This document shows, piece after piece, positions 23,801 through 39,210 of a stretch of DNA of 64,000 nt. Below the pieces are notes generated by a model, which worked only from the letters and a program-made list of their open reading frames with translations, was not told the DNA's origin and ran no database searches. The position numbers were made by a program, and so were the translations under genes. Position 1 is the first letter of the stretch. Each line of letters begins with the position of its first letter. The stretch is from Octopus bimaculoides. Lineage: Eukaryota. The stretch is from assembly GCF_001194135.2 (NCBI RefSeq), contig NC_068984.1:90720223-90784222 (forward strand), read 5' to 3'.

Positions 23801-25580
23801 TTCTGGTCTGTACTCTATTAGGGTAATATCATCATCATTATTATGTTAATAACACCTATAAGGACGTGCTTTTTCCATTCACCAAAGTGAATGGAGCTTT
23901 GGCCAGGAGGAACTGATGTCACCAGACAGTAGCCAATGTTGATCAGATGTTTTGACCCTGAACCATAATGCCCTCCGACTGGTAGGTCAGCAGAGGTGAC
24001 CAAGTCATTGCTCCTCACCTATCTCTTCCTGGTTTCCAGCTGAACTCCTTTCTCTTACTTCAAAGCCAACAAGAGACTCTTTCAGCTGCCTTTCCCATCT
24101 TGTGTACAACCACCCTTCACTCCTTTCCTCTCATTCCAATGGCTGTAAGCGTCCTCCATGCCAACTAAGCAGGGAATCCCCAACAGCCAACCTCAACTGA
24201 GAAAAGCCATATCTGCCATCCCTTATCCCTGCAAGCCTGCAGAAGGCTCCATTATTTGGCATGCTTCCGTTCATGGGCCTCGTCACATCCCTCTTCCCAC
24301 AGGACTGAGTTCAATTAAGATCATTATGTGCTTTTCTTTAGACTTTATTATAAATAATTTGCATGCATCAGCTGACCACAGTTCTTGTATTTATTCTGCT
24401 TCACTATTTCATTAGATTTTAATCAGATTGATTTCCCATATCACCATATAGTTTATTTTAGATTTTAACTATTCTCAGTATGAATATCTTGAGACACTAG
24501 TATTTTCCTCTCTGCTCATATTTTCCATTGACAACCCTTTCTGTGTTGTCAGTCATTACTTCCTTTCCTCTGAATCACTTCCTATTGATATTCATCCCTC
24601 ATTCTTAACATGTTTCATATCTACCATTGACCATCCTTCTACCTTTGTTTGCCAATCACTATAATCACTCTTGTGTAATCACTATAATCACCCTTGTGTA
24701 CTTCTGACCACCTCCATCCCTATCTTTGTTTTCCCTCACACCACTCCCATCCATTACATCTCTTCATCTTCCTCTATCTTCTGTATTATTGTGCTGCTCT
24801 ATCCCTTTCTGCACTTCCGGTTACCACTTCTATTGATATCTATCCTTCATTCTTCTCAACATTCTATTTACTCATACTTACCATTGATCATCCCCAACCT
24901 TGTTTACTATTCACCCCTACTTCTATTTCTAACCATTTATTTTCAGCTTCCATTTTAAGTGAAAGTGAAAATATTTCACTAACTTCAGTAAGTACACTAC
25001 ATCACACACAACCTGGCATTCCTCTAAAATCACCCATGCTTTTTTATCTGTATCCATGCTCTCTTTTAAGCACCTTCTTATTCCCATCCATCCTTATATA
25101 ATGCAAGGTAGACATGTATCTCCTCTATAACAACAAGTCTGTTCCTGTCCCTTCCTGACCTCTCAACATTTTGCATAATAAAGTCACCTTTCTCTCTACT
25201 ATGCCTCTTGTCAAGGGGTGGGAGAAGAGTTCTTCAGTCTTATGAGTTACATGGTGATCTCACTAGTGCTGGTACCACAAAATAGCACCTCATACACTCT
25301 GTAAAGTGGTTAACATTAGGAGGGCCTCCAATCATAGAAAATATTCCAAAACGGAGTCACTTGAGCAAGATGTATCCTTTGACCCATTAGACCCTATCAA
25401 ACTGTTCAACCAATGCCAGCATGGAAAGCAGATGTGAACATTTTTAAGATAAAAAAAATAAATAAATAAAGAGTGAATTATTTGTTCATTACTATGTGAC
25501 AGTATTTAGCAAAGCATCCTAAGCTTTCAAAAGAAATACTACAGTTTCATGGACATAGATGATACTATTTTGTGTTATGG

Positions 25581-25925
25581 GCACAGGAGTGGCTGTCTGG
25601 TAAGAAGTTTGCTTCTCAACCACATAGTTCTGAGTTAAGTCCCACTGCATGGCACCAGTGTTTTTCTACTATAGCCCTGGGTTGACCAAAGCCTTGTGAG
25701 TAGATTTGGTAGACGGAAGCTGAAAGAAGCCCATTGTGTGTTTGTGTTTGTCTCCCACCACTGCCTGACAACTGGTGTTGGTGTGTTTATGTCCCCCATA
25801 ACTTAGCAGTTCAACAAAAAGGACCAGCAGAATAAGTACTAGAGATTGATTCATTCAACTAAAATTCTTCAAGGAAGTGCCCCAGCAAGGCCACAATCTA
25901 ATGACTGAAACAAGACAAAAGACAT
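25581..25925 (+). mobile_element. tRNA-derived SINE (ggcacaggagtggctgt..ggtaagaag family)
   Basis: A-box-like TGGCTGTCTGG; (TG)-rich core; related copies near 3535, 28930, 29650, 33880, 35740 and 51085. Confidence 0.65.
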
Positions 25926-26225
25926 AGAAAATAAGTGATTTTAAACTCTGATTTATTTGTACAACTAATACTCTTGAGAAAGATATGAACATTATATAAT
26001 CCTATAACCCTAAAATGTGTAGCAAATACTGATGTATTATTATTTCAAAACATTCAAGGATTGACAGAATCGCTAATACATTGTAGATTGGTTCTGGGGT
26101 CAGCTCTGCCTTTTATCCAGTAGTACTGGGATTGATGGTACTGATTAACTTCCTCCTCACAAAGCTACTGGCCTTGTATCTAAATTTAAACAAACTAAAC
26201 AAGTTAGATGGGAAAATAATATTAA

Positions 26226-26445
26226 CCCTTTAGCATTCAGATTATTTTGTCAATTGTAATGCTTATTCATTCACATCGTTTTGAATTAATTATGCATTAT
26301 CTTGTGGCTTGGTGATTTCGATGATGTGGTTGTTCATTTATTAAATGACATTGTAGAGTGGGTATGAAAGGCTGGATCTGGTAATTTTGAACATAAAACA
26401 GGTAGAATATTTTGGCCAGATATGGCTGGTTTAAATGCTAAAGGG
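26226..26445. mobile_element. piggyBac-like MITE, 220 bp
   Basis: Perfect 12-bp TIR ccctttagcatt/aatgctaaaggg; TTAA on the left, TATA on the right. Confidence 0.8.
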
Positions 26446-29231
26446 TATAAAGCATTTTTGCAATTTATTAATGAAAATTTCATTAAATTTTGTAAATCAA
26501 GCTTACTTGAAAATAGAAATTCTTAAACTAGTAAAGAGTAGTGAAAGTTACTTTCTTTAGAAAATACAATTAATCTTAGGTTTCCTCAATTCCATAATTA
26601 ATTCCTTTGAATTGTTTTGCTGTATTTCAGGCTAATGTTTTGTTACAGTTTAGGAAGAACATAGGTGACTTTTCCATTTTTCTAAACCTAAATAATACTG
26701 ATAGAGAAAATAACTATATTTTCTCATTGTGTAAACATGTCAACAATTTAGGGACAAGTTATAATTGCTATAATTCAATGAAAAAGAACATAATTTACCT
26801 TAGTGAACAGTAAAAAAAAATGGAGAAAAGGAAAAAGGAGATCAATGAATAAGCAAAATAGTGGTATATACTCTCCCTCAGTTATATATCACACCAAGAG
26901 GAACTGGTGTTTCCCTCTAAAAATTTTTGAGACCCCTCTCTAACACTTAGCATTATTGCAGGTGATTACAAAACTAAGGTACTGGAAGAGTCAGGTAATA
27001 TCCTGAGTATTTTTTGATACTTCAGGGAGCCGAGACACTGATAGAGTCAAAAACATCCTTGTCACTGATCCAGCTGCCACCAATTTCTCGAAAGCCACAT
27101 GTTGAAAAATGTAAATTACCAACACGTTGTGGCTTGTTTTATTCAGCTACCTTTTCTGCAATATTAAGGACATACACTGGAGAAAATAAGTCACTAATGG
27201 TGGCATTCCATGATGCATCTGCCTCTAACCCAAAGGCAAAGAGCAAGTCCTATCTTCCTCAGACAATCTCACAGGCTCCAGGGTTGAGGGGATATTTGCC
27301 CTGGGTGAGGCTCATATAATGATTAGATTTATCTCATGGCAACAATTGTGACTCACATTCAGTTGATATGATAATCCACAAAGACCTGGAATCAAGGAGC
27401 TTAGTACAATGACACCTAATCCTCCCACACATATCAATTCCAACTCTGAAGGTGGTGGAGATGGAGATGCAAAGCTCATCTGGGCTAAGTAAGCCACCAA
27501 TGTTTGCCAAGGACAAATCTTTAGAAAATTTAGCACTATCCTGAAGTTTCTCAAAAATTTGTAGGAGCTAATGTTATGTTATATAATTAAATGTAAGTAT
27601 GTCTCTATTTTGATTATTTATGTTCTGATTTTGCTTTTCTCCTTTCTTCACTGTATATATTTGTAAATTATGTTCTTTTCCACCAAATAAAAGTAAATAA
27701 TTATTTCCAATAGTCCTATTTTGCTTTGAATGCAGTTTCAGTGGACTAATGGAAGTGAGAATATATGTGGTATTCAGTTTAAATTTATTTATTGCTTAGA
27801 TTTTTTATTGAGTAATTTTAGTGTTTTAAAGAAAGTGTACCTCTTACTTAACACATTTGAATCCTAATGAACTACAGTAAGATAATCACTGAGGCTTTTT
27901 TGCAAGAAGATTAAAATGCAGTTGAATTTATAAACAATTCTACAACTTCCTTTGTAAACTAAAATGACTAAAAAACTGGCAGTTAAAATTATTGATGAAT
28001 TGTATTATTGTACAATGTTTCTTGACTTTTCTGGCTATCTTTTAAGATAAAGAAGAATTAAGAATTAGATATGATTTTAATTTTAAGAATATATTCAAGA
28101 GCAAAGTTTATTTGGAGACTTGTGTTAAATTTTATGGAGAAAAAGACTGCCTTATCAAACAGAAATTTAAAAACACTTAAAAGTGATTATTAGTTAACTA
28201 AGTTTTAAATTTCTACTTAAATGAAGGAATAAGTATAGGAATGTACACACGTACATTATTACGGAATAAACACAGAACTTAAATATGACAGTGAAATATA
28301 TTCAGTTAATTAGACTGTCGATTTTAGTGATATAACCCATGTGTATGCCAACCACGCACCTCTTAAATAGTGCATTTTCTAAGAAATAGAAGTCTCCCTA
28401 ACCTAACCGAAGGTAAGTGATGATTAAACACAGCAATGTTTGTGTATCAATAGTGGATCAAAAGCACATTTCAAATGAATGTGCAGGTCTGTAATTACAT
28501 CAAAATCAATTTTATTTAACCATGCTACTCTTGTTACTATAATGTACTCACTCTCCCAAGAAGTAGTTAATCACCTTGTTAAGATTTTCTTTTCCTTGGC
28601 ATTGTTTGATCATACCAATAAAAACAGAACAAGTATAAATAACCTGTACCCAAAAGGTCATTCTTCTTCATCATATTAGCAGCCATAATTCTATGTTGTT
28701 ATGGTTAGGCAGGTCTGCATTAGAGCATCTTGTTATTCCTTTTAAACTTGTTTCATATCATCTACAAGACAAAACATTCTAAGATACAATTCTACCACTT
28801 TTCCTAGGTTTTTGGTGTGTTATAGATGATTTCCATACTTTTTATAAAAACAATAAGGCAAATGTTATCAAATCCTGTGTAAATATCAAACTTGGTCAGA
28901 GTTTCTTCAAAGAATATATATATCTTTTATCCTTTACTTGTTTCAGTCATTACACTGTGACCATGCTGGGGCACTGCCTTGAAGAATTTTAGTCAAACTT
29001 ATCAATCCCAGTACTTATATTTTTTGTAAAGCCTGGTACTTATTTTATTGGTCTATTTTGCTGAATTGCCAAGTCATAGGGATGTAAACACAACAACACT
29101 GGCTTTCAAGCAGTAGTTGGAGGGGGGGGGCACAGATACAAAAGCACACACAGATATATATATTATGGATACTAAAAAAGAAGTGGCTTACACCTGGTAG
29201 CTTCCATCTTCTGCCTTTTATTTGCCATATG

Positions 29232-29262
<31 letters not shown>

Positions 29263-29268
29263 TTGTTC

Positions 29269-29541
29269 ATAGAAAAACAATGGCTGACTGAAAATGGGAT
29301 CAAAAAACTACCTTGGCCGAGCCAATCTCCTGGCATGAGCCCAATTGAAAATCTTTGGAGCATACTAGATAGAGCTATACAAAAAACTTGACAGAAACCT
29401 AAATCTAAAGATGAATTGTTTTGATTGTTGCATGAAAAGTGGGCAGAAATTCTACAAGTGACAATCACAAAGCTCATCAGTTCAATGCCAAAAAGAGTTT
29501 CTGAATTAAAAACTGCAAAGGGAATGTCAACTAAATACTAA
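29269..29541 (+). mobile_element. Tc1 transposase C-terminal remnant
   Basis: WLTENGIKKLPWPSQSPGMSPIENLWSIL...SMPKRVSELKTAKGMSTKY*, with internal stops. Confidence 0.88.
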
Positions 29542-32500
29542 AGTATGTAGTCCTACCTATCGATTACATTTCAACTATTCACTTTGCATATTAAATAAAA
29601 GATTTTGAAAATTAAAGGTGTCTATTTACTTGCTGCATATCTGTGTACATAACACATTCTTTCAGTTTCCATCCACTCACAAGGCTTTGGTTGGTCTAGG
29701 ACTACAACAGAAAATACTTGCCCAAGGTACTATACAATGGAACTGAACCCCAAACCATGTAGCTGGGAAGCAAATTTCTTAATTACAACCAAATCTGTGC
29801 ATCATAACAAAAATGAGAAAGCAAAAATAAAAAATGATTGTTGAGAAGTCTGAAACTAAATGTTTACACTTGTAAGATGTATATTCACTTCCATAAATTA
29901 ATGAAAGGATTACCACCATTTCTTATAATTCCATACACAAGCCTTACTTCCACTAATTAATGCTTACTGTGACCATCAATAACAGGAAATGGCATGGTTT
30001 AAGCTCACTGCTTCCAAGTCCTTCCCTAGTGGTCTGTGTATGGACCACTATGTCCCCATATTCTAGGAATGTCACAGACTTCTGTCACCTTAGAGGCTAT
30101 CCATTTTCTTCCATTCCTAATCTGGAGGAATGGATAACAGCGGTTTGAATGGTGCAGCATCACTACTGTCTGCATTTTACTACATTTGTACTATTCCACT
30201 TTGATGGTACTGGTATGTCTAGTGGACCTTTGTTCTTGTACAAAGCTGAGCATGCAAGGTGCTATGGCAATGCTAGCCAGTTATATAAATACAGATGTTA
30301 CATTTCTGTTCAATTGCAAACACCAGAGTTTGAACTTACCTGGCAGTAATATTTTATCAATCAGAGATTCCATCCAAAGCCATTTTCTGAATTCTCATTC
30401 CCTCACTTTTATTGTTAAGCAATCCACAATAGTTGTCCCAGGCTCCCTTGCCATTGTAAGCATGGCTTCTGCAATCTCACACTTCATTTCTTTCTTCCTT
30501 TGACAAGTGTTAGATTCCAAGTCTTCTTTGCTTTAAAACATATTCTAGCCTAGTTTATCAGTTCATCCGGTCTGTGAAAAATTCTCACCTCTGATTTCTC
30601 ATCCCTAATCAACAGCTCTACATCATCCATGAAAGCTTTCTTAGACAAGTGGATCTTTATTTAATGATGATGCCATTGTGCCTCAAAGGATGACTTCCCT
30701 TCCATGAATGATCATAGCCACATGTTCTATGCAATATGGTACACCAGGGATCCAGATCTTTAGACCATACAATCAATGTATCCATCATTTATAAAAAAAT
30801 GTCATAACTTGTCTGGTAACAATGCCAATATTTTCCCATCTACACTTAGTAAGAAAACTGGCCTCTGGCCTGAACTAGTTAAGAGTTGATGAGTTCTGCT
30901 CTTAGGGGAGGTAGATACTTTCTGCTCATGATCACCTCTTTCGAAGCTCTTTGGAGAACAAAGAATAACATGTTGGTTAGAGTAGATTTGGTATGGCAGG
31001 CATCTTGTCCAGAGACCCTTTTATCTTTGATAAATATCTGGGATCTTGCATTCAGATATTTCCAAGATTAAATTTTGCTCCTGGTGCTGTTAGTTTTGGT
31101 ATCCTTTGGATTAGTGGTACAGAGATATCTCAAAGATTGTCACTATACATTTTGTACGAGTGTCTCCACCTTTGCTACATATCAATTCATCATTTCTGCT
31201 ATCCTGAAACACATCTTTTGTCAACTTGCAAAGATTTTCAAAAAACTTTCTTTGGCTCTACCACCTGAGCCTTCTTTCTCCCCTCTTCTCAATATGTACC
31301 AGCTGGCAGAAGAACTTCTTAACATCATCTGAGAGCAGCTTCCATGGTGCCTTTTCTTCTTCACATGCCTCAATCCACCTAGTCCTCAGAGATTTCTTTT
31401 CCCTCTTCACTTCTTCTATAAGGTGACTCCTCCTGCTAGTACTTTCTGGTATATTCTTCTTGTCTCCATTTAGTGTGCGTGCCAAACATTTCCTTACCAG
31501 TATTATATATTAGTAGCTGAGGTCACCAATTGTGGTGACTGAAGTGACATGCCATATCACGTCAATTTGATGTAGCCGACTACCAAATGTAGCGTGTAGA
31601 TGTAACGCTTGAAGGTTCTCACGTTGGAGTAACCAGTGAACATTGAAGAATCAACACTAAGAAAGAAGAAATATATATATATATATTTATTCGTTTGTCT
31701 GACAGGTAGTTAGAGATACAGCAGTAATTGTAGTGGCAGTGACAAGTTCGCTTTGCAGGTTGGTAACTGATAGTGTAGCAGTTGCTGTCTGTCAGTAGAT
31801 AGGGAAAGAGTAAGGAATACAAAGTGCTGACTGGAAAGAAAGAAAGGTGGCATTGCCTTTCTTGTGACCAAAAACTTCTCTTCATATGTCTAGTGAAATA
31901 CGAAGGGAAGTATTGCTCTTTGGTCATAGCTGACACAAAAGAGGAAGAGATAGGAAATGCTCTGTTATATAGACTATGGTCAGTAATGTAGGTCAAACCC
32001 TAAACAAAGGATTGACCTTTCCTTGACCAGCACAAGTCCTTGGGGGTCAAGTGTTTCCCCATCAATCATCTGGTGTGGAGATGAAAACAAATTCCCGCTT
32101 GTTTCGACAAGCAACAAGCAGGGGGATTTGGTTTCAGATCTCAGGCAGGGCTAAGAGAGGTCCTTACAGATTGAATCAGCAAGTAACTGGAGCTCTTCTT
32201 CCACTGTCAGTCCCCTTTTCTTGGTTCCCATCTTCTTCAGTATTGCATTTTCAAACTCCTTGTAGGCTGACAGTTCATTTGCTTTTGGTCATTTAATCTT
32301 CCCTCACCTGTCCTCACTATCCTCTGCAGGTCTTTTGAAGTAATCTCTCAGAAGTAAAGAATATGAATACTTCCAATTCAAAATCACTATTCCAAGGTTT
32401 AATCTACAACTCTTTGTTATTATCAGTGAATTTTAAAAATCATAAAAAAGATACTTTTCACAAAGTATTTCCTCTACTAGTATTTTATACATATTCATTG

Positions 32501-33519
32501 ATTATGGATCCTCTTTACCATAACAAATGTTTCTTCAAAGACAAGAAATAGCTGTCAATAAAAACTTAAGGTACAATAATGGAATGTTAGAAAACAATCA
32601 TTCTAGTTCTGGAATCTTCTAGTCACATAATGGGAATGGATGTAATTGAGTTCACTACATTTAATTTGCTCCCCTCTTGTTCTGCTCAAGAAAACACCAT
32701 ACAAGGCAATGTTGAAGTATCTAGATGTCTATCTCCCTGTCTGCTACTATCATCAGAGTATGTTTTAACAAAAATGCAAATAAAGCAGCTGAAATTCTTG
32801 AAGAGAAAATGCTTAAAATGATTATGTAAACTAGTTGAATAGGAAATAAATATCTATAAGGTCATCTAACTCCAGCAAAAGAAAATCTATGCAACAATCT
32901 TTATATAGTGAAGTCTTCTCCAAATAATTCTTTATAACAACTCCTTTTGCATATCACATGAAAGTAGTGTATTTGAAACACCAATTTAATATATCAAATA
33001 GTTTAACAAAGTTGCTTATGTCATTTAGCAGTAATAACATTTTCTTAAGGCTTTTATTACTACAATGAATATAAAGTTTGCAATAATATTTGTAACTGGA
33101 ACACAAGGTCCCCAAATAATGTCACTTTCTGCTAGATTAATATTCTTTTAATTTTGTTAGTCTACCAAGATAAAAATCATCAGGTGATATAAAGGCAGAT
33201 CCCTAAGGATTTTGGCTTGGATAATTTCTTATTTGATATTTAGTTGATATTTATTTGATGCAGTAGAAAATTTTTTAAAATAAAGGTGAATAGTTTTATA
33301 AATAAATGTGAAGGATTTAGCTAAACAGCTTTATGAAAATTTTGCTGTGAGAAACTGAAGAAATTTGTTCTTCTGATGCATTAATAGTATATTTCTAGAC
33401 AGATCTAAAAGTAAAACATAATGGAAATATTCAAATGTACTAAATATACTTCTCAAATGTCATGTATAAGAATGGAAACAATTTAGTGAATATTTACTTC
33501 AATTATTTTTGAAGGAAAG

Positions 33520-33735
33520 GTGTCAAGCTGGTAGAATCAATAGCACACCAAGCAAAATGCTTAGTGGTTTTTCGTCTGTGTTCATGTTCTGGGTTCAAAT
33601 TCCGCTGAGGTTGACTTTGTCTTTTATCCTTTCAAGGTGGACAAAATAAGTACTAGTTAAATATTAAGGTCAATGTCATCAACTAGCCCCATCCTCCAAA
33701 ATTTCAAGCCTTGTGCCTATTGTAGAAAAGACTAT
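33520..33735 (+). mobile_element. tRNA-derived SINE
   Basis: agctggtagaatc A-box-like and gggttcaaattcc B-box-like motifs; homologous to 14965-15158. Confidence 0.65.
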
Positions 33736-36700
33736 TTCTAAAAGAAGTGTTATTAAATTAGAAATTCTAAGTCCAAAATAGGAAAGTAATAAACAAAAAG
33801 AATCTAAATATCAACTTGCAATATCAAAAAATATATGTTATCTGTATAAATTTCCTGTCTCATCACTTACAATTTACAAACAGGCACAGGCATGGATGTG
33901 TGATGATGTTCACTTAATATCCACATGGTTTCAGGTTCAGCCCCACAATGCAACATGGGCGAAAGTCTTCTACTATTACCCCAGACCAACTGATCTTTGT
34001 GAGTCTGATGGATAGAAACAATATTAAGTCTCACACATATCTGTGTGTGTGTGTGTGTGCATGTACACATGCATGCAAATATACATGAATGTTAGTATTT
34101 TGCCTGTCATCATTTGAGTATAGTGGTGCTGATACTGACATTCTTTGTTCAAATTTATCCCTTTGTGCTTCTGGAAGACAAAAATCCCTTACCTGAAAAA
34201 AAGTGAAGATTAGTGACGGGAAGGGCTGTAAAATTCTGCCTGAAAATCAATTCCCACCCAAGATATACTAACATGAAAAAATAAGAGGATGTGAAATAAA
34301 TGAATGGCCACAAAGATACATAGAGACAAAAATAGCATCAACTTCAATGATGTAAGAACACACATTAGAGATGTTGCCCCAATAAACAAAAAGAAGGATG
34401 GTCACAGGTGGAAGGCTTTCATCATAAATATTTAATTCAATCAAAGTTGACTTGAGGGTAAACAACTGTTTCCAGCAATTTGGAAGGAAAAACAAATGTG
34501 TCAGTCAGGCATCATCTTATATCTGCTTTCCATGCTGGTATGGATCGGATGGGTCTTCATAGTGTGAGTCATCTTCCATTGGGAGCTACTTTAACCATAA
34601 ACTGGTGCTCATATTTGGTTTGGTTTCTACAGCTGGATGCCCTTCCTTTTGCCAACTGTTTTACAGAATGTGCTGTGTGCATTTCCTCATGGCACCATAC
34701 TAGAAAGATTGAGCAGCCCTTGGTGAGACAGGACTAGAGGGATCCTACAACCCTACACTTTCTCAAATTGGGGTGCATTGTATGTAATAAATGTAGATTG
34801 TACACAGTAATGTAAAACATGTAAACCAAGATGGGAAATGAGAGAGAACAATAGCACCAGAAATGGGTACAGGAGATGGGGAATAGAGGTGTAGGCATAG
34901 GTGTCATTTGCTCAGAGGAATGAGAGAGAGAACAATGACATTTGAGCAGAATGGATATAATGAGAGCAGCAGAAATGTATTGGGAAGAAGGCAAGGATAT
35001 GTAGGGGTGATGCTGGAAGGGCAATCTTTGGTAATAGCTGAGGTGGTAAAAAGTAAGAATGAATGGGTGAAAAGAGCAGTACGATGGGAAAAGTCAAGTA
35101 GTAGTGGCAGGGTGATTGACAATAGCAAAAATGGACAACAGTAGGGATGGGTGATGAGATAAAGGCAAAAGTAGGTAAGGGGTTGCAATAAAGGTGGTTT
35201 ATGAGAGAGAGAGAGAGAGAGATAGAGAGATTGTTGGCTGGCAGCACAGCAGAGTGAATAGTACATTTGACAGACAGATGATAGTGATCTAATTCAGCTT
35301 TTTGAAGATGAGGAGGCAGAGTTATGAGAATGGTGCTATTAGCAGTGACGGGGGGGGGGGGGAGATGACTGATAAGGAAATAAGCAAGAGGAAGGAAAGT
35401 GAGTAATCAATATATGTCAAGATTATAAAGCAGGGTACAAAACATTGCATTTCTAAAAGTTACTGTTTGTGTTAGAGTACATGTTGCTATGAGTGGGTGG
35501 ATCTGCTGTAGACCAGTATGGTCTTTTATAAGGTGCAGCATCTTCAGATCAGCTTTCACCACTAGTAAGTCTTCCTCGATCCCCGTCTTCCATAGGTTCC
35601 CTTAAGTTGTCCTTCATGCACATTACATGCCCAGCATCGATGTAGTCTGAATGGTACCAGTGAAAGAATGTTTATAAAAAATTTGTTATACATGGAAGCA
35701 CAAGTTATTGTCAAAGTATTACCTTTGAGATAGCAGTTTACTCCCAGTATTTCAAAGTAAAAAAAGTCATATAGTTAAGAAGCTCACTTTGCATCAATGT
35801 AGTTTCAATTTCAGTCCTACTGCTCGACACCTTGGGCAAGTATCTTCCACTATAGCCCCAGGTCTTGTGATCACAGCAGAAACTGAGTGGAAGCCCATTG
35901 TGTATGTGTGTGTGTGTGTGTGTGTGCTTGTCCTCCCACATTGTTTGACAATCAGTATTAGTTTGTTTGCATCCCCATAACTTAGAAATTCAGTAAAAGA
36001 GACCAGAATAAATACCAGGCTTAAAAATTTAGAACTGGGTAGTGACCCATCACTGTTGCTGTCCAGTGATTGAAACAAGAAGATAAAGCATAAGAGTTCT
36101 AAAAGAGCATAAATTTTAATCAGAAGAAACCCAATGGAAAAGTCCAGAAATCAATAGATGAATTTGAATATCTACTAAATATAATGGAGAACAATCCAAT
36201 TCAAACAAACTCTGACAGTAAATATTGAAAACTTTCCATAAAGTCACTTTTGAAAGACAGCTGTCTTGAAATATTGTTTGCAAAGATTATTTTAATAACT
36301 GAAATTTTATAATGGTGTTAAATATATGTTATATACATTAGAATATAACAAATATAACAAAGATGGAAATGGAGAAAATGTACAAAAATAATCATTTTTT
36401 TCTCCAATATCACAAAAAGAAATGTCCAGCTCAATAGAATAACTGAGAACAAAATATTTCCAAGCAAATTTTCAATTTTTAGAAAAGCTTTGATTTTAAT
36501 CAGAGTATGTATAAAGCTAGTTCAGTACTACTTGATTAAAGCTCTAATATAATTGACATAAGCAGTCTGAAATCCTGAGTCATGCAGTATTGCATGCATA
36601 GTTTAGTGTTCTGTCCAAGATTAGAGACTATGAAGGCATTAAAAAAGTGAAGAATTCATAATAGAGCAGTAATAACAACTAAATATGTGAATAGTTTTAT

Positions 36701-38489
36701 TCTGGATGTGTCAAAACATATATACTCCTATTGAAAAATTGTATACCCATACATTTTTCAAACTATTGCACTATCTCTATTTTCTATAACAGCAACAGTT
36801 AATAGTTTTACTATCAAAAGACAAAAAGATTTTGTTAGGGTTGTCAAGTAGCTGGAATTTAACTTTTGAATTCTCTTAATCAATGTTTCTAAAAATAAGG
36901 TCTGCTAATCACCTACAAATCCTTGCCAGTTTAGTTATTTTCTTTTTTTAAACCCTGCTGGGTTTTTGTGTCTTTTATAAAACAACTTTTGAAAGAAGCA
37001 TAGTCATATGCAGAGACACTAAGAGAATCCATAACATACATAATGCAAAGTTGATCATACTGTAGAAAATTTGAGACGGGATAAAAATGTAAAAATAGAG
37101 ATGGGATTCAGAGAATTATTTGAAAAATAATAGGAGATACAAATTACATACAAAACCCCAAATACAAGGTTGGCTGGCTAAACTGAAACTCTGAGTTGAA
37201 ACATTTCAAAGCCTGCAACAAAGGCAAATGAAAAGTCAGAAGTAAGAAACTTCTTCACATGTATATTTATTGGAAAATAAAGCTGCTACTAAATATGTCT
37301 ACCATCAAAAGCTGTAACTGACTGATTACAAATTTAGAAGGCTGAACAAGCCTTTTTTTTTTTGCCTCAGCCATGTTTTTGACCTAAATGCAATCCTAAT
37401 AGCAGATCACAGTATAATGACACAGTTATAACAAGTGGACTTATCCATAACTCTCCACATCCAAAAAGTCATATAGATTCAGATATGACCAATTTTACAG
37501 CAACCTTAAACATCATTACTAAGGCTGGATTCTTGCTTTGCATTTCAGAAGGCTTGACTGCAATTATACTGCAGTTGGTTGATACTGAATTTCTTTTTAT
37601 TCACAAAGATTCTCATTCTCCCTCCCATGTCCTTCAGATGGCTGAAAAACTTTGAGGCTTTCTCAACCCTATTAGAACTGGCTATATGAATGCTCTAACT
37701 CCAGGAAACATATGACCCTTTACCTAAGTTATTTTTATCAGCATGTTTTCTTTTCTTTTTGCAAGGTTGGTCAAGTTGAAAAAAACATTTCCTGTAATCT
37801 TAAGCTTAACCAGAGTATGGTAAACTGTTGCCTTTGTATATAGAGGTGTAATGTGGAGCATGTTTAGCACAGTTCATTTCACAAATAACACTAGTTTTGC
37901 TTGCTTGAAGGGGAAGGTGGTTTTAGGTTTATTTGGAGTTTGATTATTTCAAATATGATATCAGTTTTTGTCTTACATTGATTTCAGGAAAGTTATCAGT
38001 TGTGTTCTTCACTTTAAACCATTCTGTTCATTTAAGATTAAAGCCAAGATAATTTTTTACAATTTTATACACACAATCACCAAATTGCTAATTTAGAAAA
38101 AAAAAAGACAAAAAAAAAAAAATTGTAGTAATAAAGACAGATACCAACACCATAAAAGTATACAGTTTAATGGAAGGAAATGTTTTTGAGGTTATGTTCC
38201 TAAAACAGAGAAATTATTTGGCAGAAATTTTTAATATAGAGTATCACCTGGCAGTTATTGGCTGAGAAAGTTTATGAGAGTGGAAAAAACATTTTGAAAT
38301 GTATTTTTGTTAGATTTTTCCAGGTTAATTTGTATACAATGATCTATGTGCCTTACTTATTTCAGCATTTGTTGCTTATTTCTTTAAGTACTCACTTTCA
38401 ATGAAAATTAGTTTTATACTGTATTTCAAGGCTGTCTGTCATCATTATGCTAAACTTGTAAAATATGGATAATACTAGTGGGTATAGTA

Positions 38490-39210
38490 AGTGGAAACAC
38501 AGCTTGGATATCTTGTCAGATTTGTGAGTCTTTTGCCATAGAAAAACATCATCAACTTGTTACAAATATGCTCTTTGTTAGGAGAGCATATTTCATACAT
38601 TTCAGAGTGAAATTGTGTATTCAAGACAAACCATAGGATCCTCACTCACCCAGACAAGCTGGTGTTGTAAATCTGAGGTGATTGACCAAAAGCATAAGAA
38701 AGACAATAAGCTTTGGTGTACCAATGAATAGTTTAGAAGGAACAAAGAAGCCATTTTGATGATCACTATTTATGTATGGTTGATATCCCAGGACATAACT
38801 CCAATACTAATTCATAGACAGATTGCCTAAATTTGCTTTCATTCACAAGACAAGTACCATATTGTGTTGAAATATCTGTTACTGTATTCAATAAGTCTGA
38901 TGTCAACAATGAATCTTAGTGCTTGCTGCACATTGGCAGGAAGCACTGAAACTTACCTGCAACCTGCAAATATAAAGATGCCTAAATTCTTCACTCATCC
39001 TAAATTAACTAACAATGCATGATTTAGATCTTCTAAAGATCTCAGAAGAATTACTGGGATTTACACTGAATAAAAAAAAAAACTGCTAGCTCTGGGAACA
39101 CAATTTAGTTTTCATCAACAAAGAAAAAAAGGATTTGTTGCACTTCTTTAGTATGGATGATAACAGTTTACTGCCATAATGCTAAAGGTTTGCTAAATGC
39201 AACAAGAGGT
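38490..39210 (+). mobile_element. Chapaev3-like DNA transposase remnant (copy 1)
   Basis: Degenerate RRAYFIHFRVKLCIQDKP, SFGVPM, HFDDHYLCMV and SEELLGFTLNKKKLL motifs; family name assigned from recalled motifs. Confidence 0.6.

Noticed and set aside
24420-25130. Pyrimidine-rich ORFs (also the purine/pyrimidine-skewed blocks at 34740-35420 and 61350-61700)
   Set aside because: Low-complexity strand-skewed sequence; the ORFs have no splice or homology support.
27000-27554. GC-richer block with several short ORFs, possibly a transposase fossil
   Set aside because: No motif I can assign.
29950-32340. Possible LINE 5' region or ORF1 on the - strand
   Set aside because: Only faint IPN.L..CY similarity; too degenerate to call.
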